A stretch of 64,000 nucleotides of DNA. It comes from an uncultured delta proteobacterium. Its GTDB lineage: Bacteria > Myxococcota_A > Polyangia > Palsa-1104. The notes under the pieces are model-generated. The model was given only the letters and a program-made list of their open reading frames with translations, was not told the DNA's origin and searched no databases. The DNA lies in contig CAWAWS010000047.1 of the NCBI GenBank assembly GCA_963785725.1, forward strand, positions 1-64,000, in the 5' to 3' direction. The position numbers and the translations under genes are program-made. This document shows, piece by piece, positions 1 to 11,040 of the stretch. Every line of letters starts with the position of its first letter. The stretch's first letter is position 1.

Positions 1-2
1 GC

Positions 3-1658
3 TCGGCCAACTCGGGCAAGTTCGGCGACAAGAAGGCGTCGGCGGCGGTCGAGTGGATCGACATCGGCGCCGCGTCCACGGCGACGGCGCCGCCGGTCAT
101 CGGTGACGACAAAGGCCTCGTCGTGCCCAAAGACGGCGGCCTTGCGTATTACGTACAGATTCCGGCGGGCGGCGCGCTCGTCGCGCACGTCGAGGGCGGC
201 GGCTGCGGCGTGCACGTCGCGGCCGCGGGGCAAGGCAGCGCCAAGCTGCAGGGCGAGCTCGCCGACAACGCGCCCTTCAATCTGTCGCCGCTGGCCGACA
301 AAGTGGTGCGCCTGTCGCTCAGCGCCGACGGCAACGGCTGCACGACGGCGACGTTGCGCTCGGCCGCGCTCACGACGAGCAGCGACGCCGTCACCGTCAA
401 GCGCGACGTACGGCCCAAGAACGTCGTCTTCTGGCTCACCGACGACACGCGCAGCGACAAGTTCAAGATCTACAACCCCAAGACGCGGGTCGAGACGCCG
501 GTCATCGACGGCTTCGCCAAGCGCGCCACCAACTTCAAAGTCGCCTACGTGCAAGGCAACGAGTCGCGCGTCTCGCACGCCAGCTTGTGGACGTCGCTCT
601 ACCCGCTCAACCACAAGTTCATCGCCGAGAAGGCCAAGCTCGACCCGAAGTTCGTCACCATGCCCGAAGCGGTCAAGCCGACGGGCCGCTTCACCGCCGG
701 CCTCATGGGCAACGGCTTCATCGACGCCTTCTGGGGCTTCGCCGAAGGCTGGGACCTCATGAAAAACTGCATCCACGAGGAGTGCCCGAGCCTCACCGCC
801 CAAGGCTTCGTGACCCTGGCCAAGCAGTTCCTCGGCCAGCACGGCGACAAGCCCTTCTTCATGTACCTCGGCACCATCGACGCGCACGTCTCCTGGCGCG
901 CGCACATGCCGTGGATCGCCAAATACGACACCGAGCCCTACAACGGGCCGTTCGTCAAAGTCTGCTCCGACCCGCAGCTCGATAAGATCGTCGCCGGCAA
1001 GATGAAGGTCGACGAGCGCGACAAGACCCGCATCATCGCGCTCTACGACTCCGACGTCAGCTACAACGACCAGCAGTTCGGCGAGCTCGTCAAGCTGCTC
1101 AACGCCGACGACACGATGATCATCTTCACGGCCGATCACGGCGAGGAATTGTGGGATCACGGCCGCATCGGTCACGGCCAGTCGCTGCGCGAAGAGCTGG
1201 TGCACGTGCCGATGCTGATCTCGTACGCGCCCTTGTTTCCGCCCGGCAAGACGGTGAACGAAGGCGTCGAGATCATCGACCTCATGCCGACGATCGTCGA
1301 CGCCATCGGCGGCAAGATTCCCGCCGACGCGCAGGGCGAGTCGCTCATCGCGCTGGCGCAAGGCGGCGACGGGGCCGGCTATCCGCGGCCGGCCATCTCG
1401 AGCCAATACGAGCTGGCGCACACGATGCGGCTCGGTCGCTGGAAACTCTGGGTCGGCGGCTCGGGCGACACCAAGCTGTTCGACGCGTCGACCGACGCCG
1501 CCGAAGCGCACGAGCTGACCGCCGAACGCCCACTCGAGCGCCGCTTCGTCGAGGATGCGATGGGCGTGTGGATGGCGTATCAGGGCCAGTGGAAGAAGTC
1601 GCGCTGGGGCGTAGCCTCGAATCAAAAGCCCGAACTGGCCCGCGATCTCGAGAAGTAA
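3..1658 (+). CDS. Sulfatase-like / alkaline phosphatase superfamily protein, 5'-partial
   Basis: Frame open from the window start. Motifs KNVVFWLTDDTRSD, SHASLWTSLYP, YDSDVSYND, FTADHGEE, LVHVP. Confidence 0.85.
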   Translation, partial: SANSGKFGDKKASAAVEWIDIGAASTATAPPVIGDDKGLVVPKDGGLAYYVQIPAGGALVAHVEGGGCGVHVAAAGQGSAKLQGELADNAPFNLSPLADKVVRLSLSADGNGCTTATLRSAALTTSSDAVTVKRDVRPKNVVFWLTDDTRSDKFKIYNPKTRVETPVIDGFAKRATNFKVAYVQGNESRVSHASLWTSLYPLNHKFIAEKAKLDPKFVTMPEAVKPTGRFTAGLMGNGFIDAFWGFAEGWDLMKNCIHEECPSLTAQGFVTLAKQFLGQHGDKPFFMYLGTIDAHVSWRAHMPWIAKYDTEPYNGPFVKVCSDPQLDKIVAGKMKVDERDKTRIIALYDSDVSYNDQQFGELVKLLNADDTMIIFTADHGEELWDHGRIGHGQSLREELVHVPMLISYAPLFPPGKTVNEGVEIIDLMPTIVDAIGGKIPADAQGESLIALAQGGDGAGYPRPAISSQYELAHTMRLGRWKLWVGGSGDTKLFDASTDAAEAHELTAERPLERRFVEDAMGVWMAYQGQWKKSRWGVASNQKPELARDLEK

Positions 1659-1661
1659 CGC

Positions 1662-2144
1662 CTACTCGCGCACGCGCTTACTGCAGATGATCTCGTCGGT
1701 GTCGGCGCGCACGAAGGCCGGCAAGCGGCCGACCTCGTCGTAGCCGCGGCGCGCGTAGAAGCGGCGCGCGCCTTCGTTCCAATGCGACACGAGCAGGAAC
1801 AGGTGGCGCGAGTCGACGGCGACGGCGCGCTCGACGGCGTCGAGCAGCGCCGCGCCCACGCCGCGGCTGACGTCGCCGGGCGCGACGGCGATGAGGCGCA
1901 AGTAGCCGCCGGCGGCGAAGGTGCCGCGCGTCTGGAACCAGGCGAAGCCGAGCGGCGCCGCGTCCGCGTCGGGTGCGGCGACGATGACGGGCTCGCCGCG
2001 GCCGATCGCGTCGCCGAGCAGCCGCGCCAAGCGCTCGGCCGTGATCTCGTAGCGCACGAGCAGCGGCTGCGGCGCGACGACGGCCGCGAGCGCGCCCAGC
2101 TCGTCGGCGCGCGCCGCCCGCACGACCAAGGCCGGCGCGCTCAC
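1662..2144 (-). CDS. GNAT family N-acetyltransferase
   Basis: IAVAPGDVSRGVGAALL acetyl-CoA motif and NEGARRFYARRGY; overlaps the ybeY stop. Confidence 0.85.
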   Translation of the reverse strand: MSAPALVVRAARADELGALAAVVAPQPLLVRYEITAERLARLLGDAIGRGEPVIVAAPDADAAPLGFAWFQTRGTFAAGGYLRLIAVAPGDVSRGVGAALLDAVERAVAVDSRHLFLLVSHWNEGARRFYARRGYDEVGRLPAFVRADTDEIICSKRVRE

Positions 2145-2659
2145 GAACGCAGCCGCTTGGGCTTGGCCGCTGGCCGCTTGGTCGCGCGCGGCTGCGGCGG
2201 CGCTTTGACGCGCGCGATCGGCCCCGGCCGACGCGCCGCCGCGCGCAGCCGCGCCTCGTAGCCGAACATGACGGTCTCGTCGGCTTTCGTCGCGTGATCG
2301 AAGCCCATCAAGTGCACGAGACCATGCACCGACAGATGCACCAGCTCCGCCGTCAACGAATGGCCCGCCATCGCCGCCTGGCGCGCCGCCGTCTCCACCG
2401 AGATGATGACGTCGCCGAGGAGCGGCGCCGCCTGTTCGAAGCTGAGCACGTCGGTGGCGTGATCCTCGTCGGCGAACTGGCGATTGAGCGCGAGCAGCTC
2501 GTCGTCGTCGCTGAACGACAGCGCCATCGCCCGCTCGCCCACGCCCGCCGCGCGCATCGCCCGCGACACCAGCCGCCGCACCGCGCGCAACGTCGCGTCC
2601 GACAACTTGCGCCGCGCCCGCCCGCGCCGCGCCAAGCTCAGCTCAGCCCGGGATGACAC
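2141..2659 (-). CDS. ybeY: rRNA maturation endoribonuclease YbeY
   Basis: LN..F..DHATDVLSF, LGDVIIS and HGLVHLMGFDH signature; downstream of phoH. Confidence 0.93.
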   Translation of the reverse strand: MSSRAELSLARRGRARRKLSDATLRAVRRLVSRAMRAAGVGERAMALSFSDDDELLALNRQFADEDHATDVLSFEQAAPLLGDVIISVETAARQAAMAGHSLTAELVHLSVHGLVHLMGFDHATKADETVMFGYEARLRAAARRPGPIARVKAPPQPRATKRPAAKPKRLRS

Positions 2660-4580
2660 GCTGCCAAACCTTGGCCTCGACGAACAGCCGCATCAACTCG
2701 GGATCGCACTTGCCCTCTTTGACCTCGAAGCCGATGATGTCGAGCGCCTTTTCCAGCGGCACCGCCTTCTTGTACGGCCGATCGCTCGCCGTCAGCGCGT
2801 CGAAGATGTCGGCGATGGTCATCATGCGCGACTCGACGCGAATGTCGTCGCCCTTCAAGCCGCGCGGATAGCCGGTGCCGTCGAGCTTCTCGTGATGCGA
2901 GCCGGCGATCGTCGGAATGGCGCCCAAGCGCCGACCCCACGGAATGTTCTCGAGGAAGTTGAACGTATGCGTCACGTGGCTCTCGATCTCCAGCCGCTCC
3001 GACGCCGTCAACGACCCACGCGGTAATTTGAGCGCGTCGATCTCCGGCGCCGTCAAATAAGGCCGCTTCTCGCCGCGCGGATCCACATAGACGTGCTGCG
3101 CGATGTCGCTCAGCCGCTCGAAGCCGCCTTCGGCCAGCACCGTCGGCTCGTTGGCGCGCAAGATGAATGCCACGAAGTCGTCGACCTCTTGCCGCCGCGC
3201 GAGCGCGTCGCCTTCGAGCGCCGCGAACTGCGCCGCCGCCGCCGCCGGCCCTTCGCGCAAGACGACGTCGAGCTTGCGCTGCAAGGAATCGGCCTCGATC
3301 CACTTGCGGATGTAGTCGAAGCGCGCGAGCAACAGATCGCGCTCGTCCTCGTAGAGCTTCTTGGCCTTGACGAGCACCTTCTCGCGCACGCCGACCTTGC
3401 CGAAGTCGTGCAGGAGCGCCGCGTATTCGATCTCCTTCAAGTCGTCGTTGGTGAAGTGGATGCCGGCGAATTTGCCGTTCGACTGCTTGCCGACCACTTC
3501 GGCGAGGCCGACCGTCAACGCCGCCACCCGCTGCGAATGGCCCGACGTCGTCGGATCGCGCGATTCGATCGCCGCCACCGACGCGTTGACGAAGCCTTCG
3601 AACAGCTTGCGAATGTCTTCGTACAGCAGCGTGTTCTCGAGCGAGATGCCGGCCTGCGCCGCCAGCGTCGTCGACAACTCCTCTTCGCGCTTGCCGAACG
3701 GAATCACCCAATCGGCGAAGTCGATCGGCGCGCGCAGCTTCGGCGCGCTCTCTTTGCGGCGATTGATCAGCTGAATGACGCCGATGACCTCGTCGCGCTG
3801 ATTGACCATCGGCACCGTCAACATCGAGCGCGTGCGATAGCCCGAGGTCTCGTCGAAGCGCCGATTGCTCTGCACGTCCGACATGTTGGGGATGTTGATC
3901 AGCTGCCGCGAGATCACGGCGCGCCCGACGATCGTCTTGTCGTCGACGGGCAAGGTGTACTCGCTGAAATCGATGTGCACCGAGTCGTTCTGCGACACCA
4001 TGAAGTGCAGCGTGCGCTTGAGCGGATCGAGCTCTTTGCCCTCGACGATGTAGACGCTGCCCGCGTCGGCGCCGGTGATCTCGCGCGACTTCTCGAGGAT
4101 GAGCCCGAGCAGCTTGTGAATGTCGCGCTCGGACGAGATGGCGCGCGAAATCGACACCAGCTCCGACAGCTCGTACTCGTAGCGCTGCGCGATGCGGCCG
4201 CGTTCGTGATCACGCGCGCGCAAGGCCACGAGGTCGAGATAGTTCTTCATCGTCACGTACAGCCGCGGACGCGACAGCGGCAACGTCACCACCGCAAACT
4301 CGTAGCGGTCCCGTAGCTGCGGCAGCTCGTGCAGGTCGGCGAACTGCTCGTCGTCACCGACCAAGAGCAGCATCGTCGCGCCGTTGGCCGAGCGAACGAG
4401 GTGCGGCTCGAGCGCCTTCGGATCGCGCGCCAGCCGCGCCGCCGCCAACGTCAGGCCGCCGGCGCCGACGCGCACCTCGACCCAGCCGTCGCCGGTGCCG
4501 GTGACGACATAGGCGGCGAAGCGCGGATCTTCGCCGAGCACGCGCTGCAGCTCGTCGAGCGAGCGGATCTCGTCAGCCAT
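2643..4580 (-). CDS. GAF + HD-GYP cyclic dinucleotide phosphodiesterase, with a possible degenerate receiver N-terminus
   Basis: GAF (TRSMLTVPM..VIGVIQLIN), RDPTTSGHSQRV, LLHDFGKVG, HHEKLDGTGYP, IADIFDALT..RPYK. Confidence 0.9.
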   Translation of the reverse strand: MADEIRSLDELQRVLGEDPRFAAYVVTGTGDGWVEVRVGAGGLTLAAARLARDPKALEPHLVRSANGATMLLLVGDDEQFADLHELPQLRDRYEFAVVTLPLSRPRLYVTMKNYLDLVALRARDHERGRIAQRYEYELSELVSISRAISSERDIHKLLGLILEKSREITGADAGSVYIVEGKELDPLKRTLHFMVSQNDSVHIDFSEYTLPVDDKTIVGRAVISRQLINIPNMSDVQSNRRFDETSGYRTRSMLTVPMVNQRDEVIGVIQLINRRKESAPKLRAPIDFADWVIPFGKREEELSTTLAAQAGISLENTLLYEDIRKLFEGFVNASVAAIESRDPTTSGHSQRVAALTVGLAEVVGKQSNGKFAGIHFTNDDLKEIEYAALLHDFGKVGVREKVLVKAKKLYEDERDLLLARFDYIRKWIEADSLQRKLDVVLREGPAAAAAQFAALEGDALARRQEVDDFVAFILRANEPTVLAEGGFERLSDIAQHVYVDPRGEKRPYLTAPEIDALKLPRGSLTASERLEIESHVTHTFNFLENIPWGRRLGAIPTIAGSHHEKLDGTGYPRGLKGDDIRVESRMMTIADIFDALTASDRPYKKAVPLEKALDIIGFEVKEGKCDPELMRLFVEAKVWQRVIPG

Positions 4581-4622
4581 GTCGCACCGTCACCTCGGCC
4601 AGGAAGCGGCGTTACGAGAATA

Positions 4623-5729
4623 TCAGCTTTTGCTGGTTACGGTGGGGTCGACCGGCAGCGCCGCCGCTTCGGCGTGCTCGGGCGCGGTCGTATTCTCCGG
4701 GCGCGGCCGCTGCGCGGCCTTCTTGAGCAGGTCGGCCGCCTTTCGCGCGGCGTCGCGCGCGTCGTAGGCCTTGATGATCTTCTGCACCAGCGGATGGCGC
4801 ACGACGTCGACTTCCGTGAACTCGCAGAACGCGATGCCCTCGATGCCGCCGAGCAGCTCGCGCGCCTCCAGCAAGCCCGACTTGTGCCCCGACGGCAGAT
4901 CGATCTGCGTGATGTCGCCGGTGATGACCGACTTCGAGTTGAACCCGAGTCGCGTCAAGAACATCTTCATCTGCTCCGGCGTCGAGTTCTGCGCCTCGTC
5001 GAGGATGACGAACGCGTCGTTCAACGTCCGTCCGCGCATGAACGCCAGCGGCGCCACTTCGATGACGCCCTTTTCGATGAGCAGCTCCGCGCGCTCGAAG
5101 TCCATCATGTCGTGCAAGGCATCGTAGAGCGGCCGCAGGTACGGATTGACCTTCTCGGCCATCGTTCCCGGCAAGAAGCCCAATTTTTCGCCCGCCTCGA
5201 CCGCTGGCCGCGCCAGCACGATGCGCTTGACCTCTTTGTCCATGAGCGCGCGCACCGCCGCCGCCATGGCCAGATAGGTCTTGCCCGTGCCCGCCGGACC
5301 GATGCCGAAGACGATGTCCTGCTCGCGAATGGCGTCGATGTAGCGCTTCTGCGCCAAGCCTTTGGGCTGAATCGGCCGCGCCCGCGACGCCATCAGCACC
5401 GTGTCGCGAAAGACGTCCTTGATCTGCGCGCGGTGATCGCCGGCCAAGACGGCGACGGCGCGCGCGATGTCCTGCGTCGCCAGCGGCTTGCCCTTCTTCG
5501 CCAGCTGATACAGCTGCTCGATGAGCGACCGACCGAGCGCCACGCGATCGCCCGGCCCGACGAGCGTCAGCTCGTTGCCGCGCACACCGATGGTGATGCC
5601 GACTTCGCGCTCGATGGCCTTCAGATTGGAGTTTGCTTGACCCAACAGCGACAAGGCGGCGCCGTTATCGTCGAGAATGAGCCGCTCGCGCGCATCGCTG
5701 GCGGCCGTGGTCTGTCCCTGCTCGCTTAT
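4623..5729 (-). CDS. phoH: PhoH family ATPase (start probably the non-canonical ATA at 5729)
   Basis: [54 protein letters not shown]. The ORF-track extension to 6371 overlaps mazG antisense. Confidence 0.92.
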   Translation of the reverse strand: MSEQGQTTAASDARERLILDDNGAALSLLGQANSNLKAIEREVGITIGVRGNELTLVGPGDRVALGRSLIEQLYQLAKKGKPLATQDIARAVAVLAGDHRAQIKDVFRDTVLMASRARPIQPKGLAQKRYIDAIREQDIVFGIGPAGTGKTYLAMAAAVRALMDKEVKRIVLARPAVEAGEKLGFLPGTMAEKVNPYLRPLYDALHDMMDFERAELLIEKGVIEVAPLAFMRGRTLNDAFVILDEAQNSTPEQMKMFLTRLGFNSKSVITGDITQIDLPSGHKSGLLEARELLGGIEGIAFCEFTEVDVVRHPLVQKIIKAYDARDAARKAADLLKKAAQRPRPENTTAPEHAEAAALPVDPTVTSKS

Positions 5730-5777
5730 GCTAATGCTCCTGGCAAAAGAACGATCTACGCAAACTATGGAGCTTTC

Positions 5778-6599
5778 ATGACGACCGCGCAACGGGGGGA
5801 TCACTTTCACGAGCTCTGCGAAATCATGAAGAAGCTCTTGGAGCCCGCGCCCGACGGCTGCCCGTGGGATCGCGAGCAGACGCTCAAGACGCTGCAGCCG
5901 TTCCTGATCGAAGAGGCCTACGAGGTCTTGGAAGCGATCGACGCCGACGATGCGCCCGAACATTGTGAGGAATTGGGCGATCTGCTGTTCCAGATCGTGT
6001 TCCAGGCCGAGCTGCGCGCCCGCGAAGGCAAGTTCGGCATCGACGACGTCGTGCGCGCCATCACGACGAAGATGATTCGCCGCCATCCGCACGTCTTCGC
6101 CGACGCCAAAGTGGCCGACTCGGGCGAGGTCCTGGCCAATTGGGGCAAGCTCAAAGCCGCCGAGCACGCCGAAAAAGGCATCAAGCGCCGCGCCCTCGAC
6201 GGTGTTCCGGTGAATCTGCCGGCGCTCTTGCGCGCGCAGCGCATCGGCGAGAAGGCGGCGGCGGTCGGCTTCGATTGGCCCGACATCGCCGGCGTGCGCG
6301 ACAAGGTCGTCGAGGAGCTGCGCGAGATCGACGATGCCGTCAAGGGCGGCAATCAGGCCGAGATCGAGCACGAAGTCGGCGATCTCCTGCTCGCGGTCAG
6401 CCGCTTGTCGGCAAAGCTCGGTGTCGCGCCCGAAGACGCTCTGCGCGCGGCGCTGCAGCGCTTCACCGGACGCTTCGAAGCCGTCGAAGATCGCGTAATC
6501 GCGGCGGGTAAGCAGGTCGCCGACACGCCGCTGGAGGAGCTCGATCGGCTGTGGAACGAAGTGAAGCGAACGGTTCCCGACACACTGCCTAAAAAATAG
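5778..6599 (+). CDS. mazG: Nucleoside triphosphate pyrophosphohydrolase MazG
   Basis: [45 protein letters not shown] at 5778 follows GGAG. Confidence 0.95.
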   Translation: MTTAQRGDHFHELCEIMKKLLEPAPDGCPWDREQTLKTLQPFLIEEAYEVLEAIDADDAPEHCEELGDLLFQIVFQAELRAREGKFGIDDVVRAITTKMIRRHPHVFADAKVADSGEVLANWGKLKAAEHAEKGIKRRALDGVPVNLPALLRAQRIGEKAAAVGFDWPDIAGVRDKVVEELREIDDAVKGGNQAEIEHEVGDLLLAVSRLSAKLGVAPEDALRAALQRFTGRFEAVEDRVIAAGKQVADTPLEELDRLWNEVKRTVPDTLPKK

Positions 6600-6652
6600 G
6601 CGCGCGCGAAGATGGCCTTCTGTTTCAAGTGTGTTGCCCGTCCGTCACCCGG

Positions 6653-6687
6653 TTCTTCACAAGTTACCCACAAGAAGCAGTGGACAG
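6653..6687. promoter_or_regulatory. Candidate DnaA-box cluster
   Basis: TTCTTCACA (6653-6661), TTACCCACA (6664-6672) and inverted CTGTCCACT (6679-6687), compared with consensus TTATCCACA, in a lower-GC intergenic region. Confidence 0.4.
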
Positions 6688-6828
6688 GAAACGCACACTT
6701 TTTTCGCAGTAAGTACGGCGACGGACGTATGGCAATGTGCACATAGCGCTAGAGCCGTCGCTGCGAATGCGCTAGAACGTGCGGCACGCGTGCGCGCTGC
6801 GAATGTTGGTCGCAGCCCAGCGGAATGC

Positions 6829-6858
6829 TTGACAGCGAAGCCAATGGCGGCTACAAAT
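6829..6858 (+). promoter_or_regulatory. Sigma70-type promoter of rpsT
   Basis: TTGACA (6829-6834), 17 nt, TACAAAT; AAGGAG RBS precedes the GTG at 6892. Confidence 0.65.
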
Positions 6859-6891
6859 CGCCGGCTTTCACGTACGTAAGGAGACGACCTC

Positions 6892-7158
6892 GTGGCTAAC
6901 GTTGCATCCGCGGAAAAGCGCAACCGGCAGCGCATCAAACGGCGCGCCCGCAATCAGTTTCATCTCACCACCATGCGCACGTACGTCAAGCGCGTCCGCG
7001 TGGCCATCGAGGCCAAGGACGGCAAGCTGGCCGAAGTGCTTCACGCTGCCATTCGGATCATCGACCGGGCGGCGCAGCGCGGTGTCATCGATCGCAAGAC
7101 GGCCTCGCGCAAGATTTCGCGCCTGACCAAGACCGTCAACGGCACGACCCAGGCGTAA
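6892..7158 (+). CDS. rpsT: 30S ribosomal protein S20
   Basis: ANVASAEKRNRQ...RN, IDRAAQRGVI..KTASRKISRL; RBS present; adjacent to holA. Confidence 0.97.
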   Translation: MANVASAEKRNRQRIKRRARNQFHLTTMRTYVKRVRVAIEAKDGKLAEVLHAAIRIIDRAAQRGVIDRKTASRKISRLTKTVNGTTQA

Positions 7159-7176
7159 GCCTCTGTTTCGCTGAGT

Positions 7177-7210
7177 CCGCGGGGCGCGCATCGGCGTTCC
7201 CCGCGGTTTC
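7177..7210 (+). terminator. Probable intrinsic terminator after rpsT
   Basis: CCGCGGGG...CCCCGCGG stem followed by TTTC. Confidence 0.55.
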
Positions 7211-7379
7211 TGCACGTCCGCAATCCGCCGTTCACCGCAATCGCTACTGTCGCTACGCATTCGCGTCGATCGCCTCGAGCGGGCGCGAACCCAGGTCGAG
7301 GCGTATTCAGCCGCGTCGAGCGCGGCGCCGTGATGCGCGCGACGCGGCGGCGCGCTCGGACGCGTGCTTGCGCGTGCAG

Positions 7380-8426
7380 CTAGGCGCGACGCGGCTGCGG
7401 TTTTGCCGGCGCCTTGGCTTCGGCGCGCGTCAGATCGAGCACGAGCAGCTCGAGGATGCGATCGTCCTCGATGCGCGACGACTTCAGATCCTTGTCGGCC
7501 TTGAAGAGGCCGGCATGCATGCGCTCGAGGCGCGCTTTGTCGAGCCGGCGCGCCTGCTTCATGATGTCGTCGACGAAGAACGGCGGAATGCCGAGCGCCT
7601 GCGCGACCTCGAACTTGTCGTTCGTCCGCTGCATCAGCTCCTGCGTCACCCACAGCTGCCGCGTGTGCCGCGCCAACATGGCCACGATGCGCACGCCCGA
7701 CTCGCGCGCGCCGAGCAGCGACGACAGCGCCGACAGCGCCCGCGGCCGCGAGCCTTCGCCGACGGCGTTGGCGAGCTCGAACACGCTGCGCTGCCGCGTC
7801 GTCGCCACGACCGCGTCGACGTCGGCGGGCCCGACCGTCTTGTCGTCGCGCGCGCTGACAAATAAGGCGAGGCGTTCGACCGCGTCGGCGAGCTGACCGA
7901 GCTCGGCGCCGATCTCGTCGACGATCATCTGCACGGCGGCGGCGTCGATGCTGACGCCGCGCTGGCGCGCCTCGCCGCGCACGAAATCGGGCAGCTGCCG
8001 CTCGTACAGCGGATCGAGCTTGAGCGCGACGCCCTTCTTCTTGAACGCCGTGAAGAACTTGAGGCGCGCGTCGATCTTCTCGCCCACGAACACGAGGCAC
8101 GTCTCGGGCGCCGGATCGTTGACGTAGGGAATCAGGCCCGCCAATTCGTCGGCCTTCATCTCGTCGGCGTCGCGCACGAGGATGAGCCGCCGCTTGGCCA
8201 TCATCGGCAGCGTGCGCGCCGCCTGCACGATCTTCGAGGCGCCCGCTTCCTTGCCGTAAAACAGCTCGTAATTGAAGTCGCGCGTACGCGGATCGAGCAC
8301 CCGCGCGCGCACCAAATCGACCGCGCGATCGACGAGATAGCGCTCCTTGCCGTGGATGAAATAGAGCGGGCCCGGGTCGCCGTCGCGCAGCGGCGCCAGC
8401 GGATCGTTGCCGGTCGGTCGCGCCAT
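7380..8426 (-). CDS. holA: DNA polymerase III delta subunit
   Basis: LYFIHGKERYL, DFNY, TLPMMAKRRLILV, VFELANAV, ADKDLKSS; rpsT synteny. Confidence 0.92.
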   Translation of the reverse strand: MARPTGNDPLAPLRDGDPGPLYFIHGKERYLVDRAVDLVRARVLDPRTRDFNYELFYGKEAGASKIVQAARTLPMMAKRRLILVRDADEMKADELAGLIPYVNDPAPETCLVFVGEKIDARLKFFTAFKKKGVALKLDPLYERQLPDFVRGEARQRGVSIDAAAVQMIVDEIGAELGQLADAVERLALFVSARDDKTVGPADVDAVVATTRQRSVFELANAVGEGSRPRALSALSSLLGARESGVRIVAMLARHTRQLWVTQELMQRTNDKFEVAQALGIPPFFVDDIMKQARRLDKARLERMHAGLFKADKDLKSSRIEDDRILELLVLDLTRAEAKAPAKPQPRRA

Positions 8427-8509
8427 CGCGGCGAACCTTAGCACGCGCGCGGCGAACGTCACGCGGCCGTTTTTGCCCGCATTCGCTGCGGTTTGATAGG
8501 CTGCCGGGC

Positions 8510-9817
8510 ATGCTGCTCACGTCCGATGTCGCGCTCGTCGAGGGCCAGATGATTCCGCGCTTTGCCGTTCGTGTCGTCGACGGCGCCATCGCCGCGGTCG
8601 GCCCGCGCGACCAGCTGGAGAAGCCGGGCGAGGTCATCCTCGATCTCGGCCACAAGGCGCTGCTTCCGGGGACCGTCAACGCGCACAACCACTCGTTCCA
8701 GTCGCTATTGCGCGGATTCGGTGACGATCTGCCGTTTCTCGAGTGGCGCGACAAGGCCCTCTATCGCTTCTCGCCGCGCCTCGGCGTCGACGGGATCTAC
8801 ACCGGCGCGCTGTTCGCCTTCGCCGAGATGGCGCTGCACGGCGTCACCACCGTGTGCGACTTTTTCTACATCAACGACGGCGGCAACGACTGCGCGCGCG
8901 CCGTCATCGCCGCGGCGCGCGCCATCGGCATGCGCATCGTCATGGCGCGCTGTTTCTACGATTGGGACGGCGCGCCCAGGCAGTATCGCGAGACGATCGC
9001 GCAGGCGACGGCGAATTTTCAGGCGCTGCACGCCGAGTACAAAGCGGCGCGCGACGTGCTCGTCTGTCCGGCGCCGCATTCGCTGCATGGCGCGTCGCCG
9101 GACATGATTCGCGCCGGCGCCGAAGCCGCGCGCGCCGTCGGGACGCGCTGGCACATCCACTTGGCCGAGGAGCAGTACCAAGTCGAGGACGCGAAGCAGA
9201 AATACGGGACGACGCCGCTGCGCGCGATCGATCAGCTCGGCCTCCTCGACGAGAACATGGTCGCGGTGCACGGCTGCTGGTTCGACGAGGGCGAGCGCGC
9301 GCTCTTGGCCGAGCGCGGCGCCAAGCTGGCCTACAACCCCAACAGCAACATGTTCCTCGGCGACGGCATCACCGACGTCGTGGACTTGGTCGCGCGCGGC
9401 GCCAAAGTCGCGCTCGGCACTGACGGCGGCTGCTCGAACTCGCGCGTCAGCGTCTTCGACGAGATGCGCGCCTGCGCGCTCTTGCAGAAGGTCGCGCGCG
9501 TCAACGGCCAGGCCATCGACGCCGAGACCTGCTTCAAGATGGGCACGGCGTGGGGCGGCGAGGTCTTGGGCTTGCCGATTGGTCGGCTGGCCGTCGGACA
9601 GCGCGCCGACGTCGTGTTCGTCGATCTCGACGATCCGTCGCTGTGGCCGGAGCAGTCGCTGGCCAAGAACGTCGTCTATTCGTTGAGCGCGCGCGCCATC
9701 AGCGACGTGTTCGTCGACGGACAGGCGATCGTTCGCGACGGCGCATTGGCGCGCGTGCAGCTGTCGGAAGTGCAGGCGCGCGTGAGAGAATTGACGGCCG
9801 ATTGGCGCGCCGACTGA
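8510..9817 (+). CDS. Amidohydrolase family deaminase (MtaD/AtzA/GuaD-like)
   Basis: PG.VNAHNH, PHS, HIHLAE, VHG, NPNSNMFL, LGTDG. Confidence 0.88.
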   Translation: MLLTSDVALVEGQMIPRFAVRVVDGAIAAVGPRDQLEKPGEVILDLGHKALLPGTVNAHNHSFQSLLRGFGDDLPFLEWRDKALYRFSPRLGVDGIYTGALFAFAEMALHGVTTVCDFFYINDGGNDCARAVIAAARAIGMRIVMARCFYDWDGAPRQYRETIAQATANFQALHAEYKAARDVLVCPAPHSLHGASPDMIRAGAEAARAVGTRWHIHLAEEQYQVEDAKQKYGTTPLRAIDQLGLLDENMVAVHGCWFDEGERALLAERGAKLAYNPNSNMFLGDGITDVVDLVARGAKVALGTDGGCSNSRVSVFDEMRACALLQKVARVNGQAIDAETCFKMGTAWGGEVLGLPIGRLAVGQRADVVFVDLDDPSLWPEQSLAKNVVYSLSARAISDVFVDGQAIVRDGALARVQLSEVQARVRELTADWRAD

Positions 9818-9818
9818 C

Positions 9819-11024
<1,206 letters not shown>

Positions 11025-11040
11025 TAAGTCCCGCGCAGCA

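Noticed and set aside
4329..6371. Long overlapping ORFs (756 aa on +, 582 aa on -) suggesting extended MazG or PhoH
   Set aside because: The extensions are antisense shadows of the neighbouring gene; recognisable family sequence begins at 5778 and about 5729.
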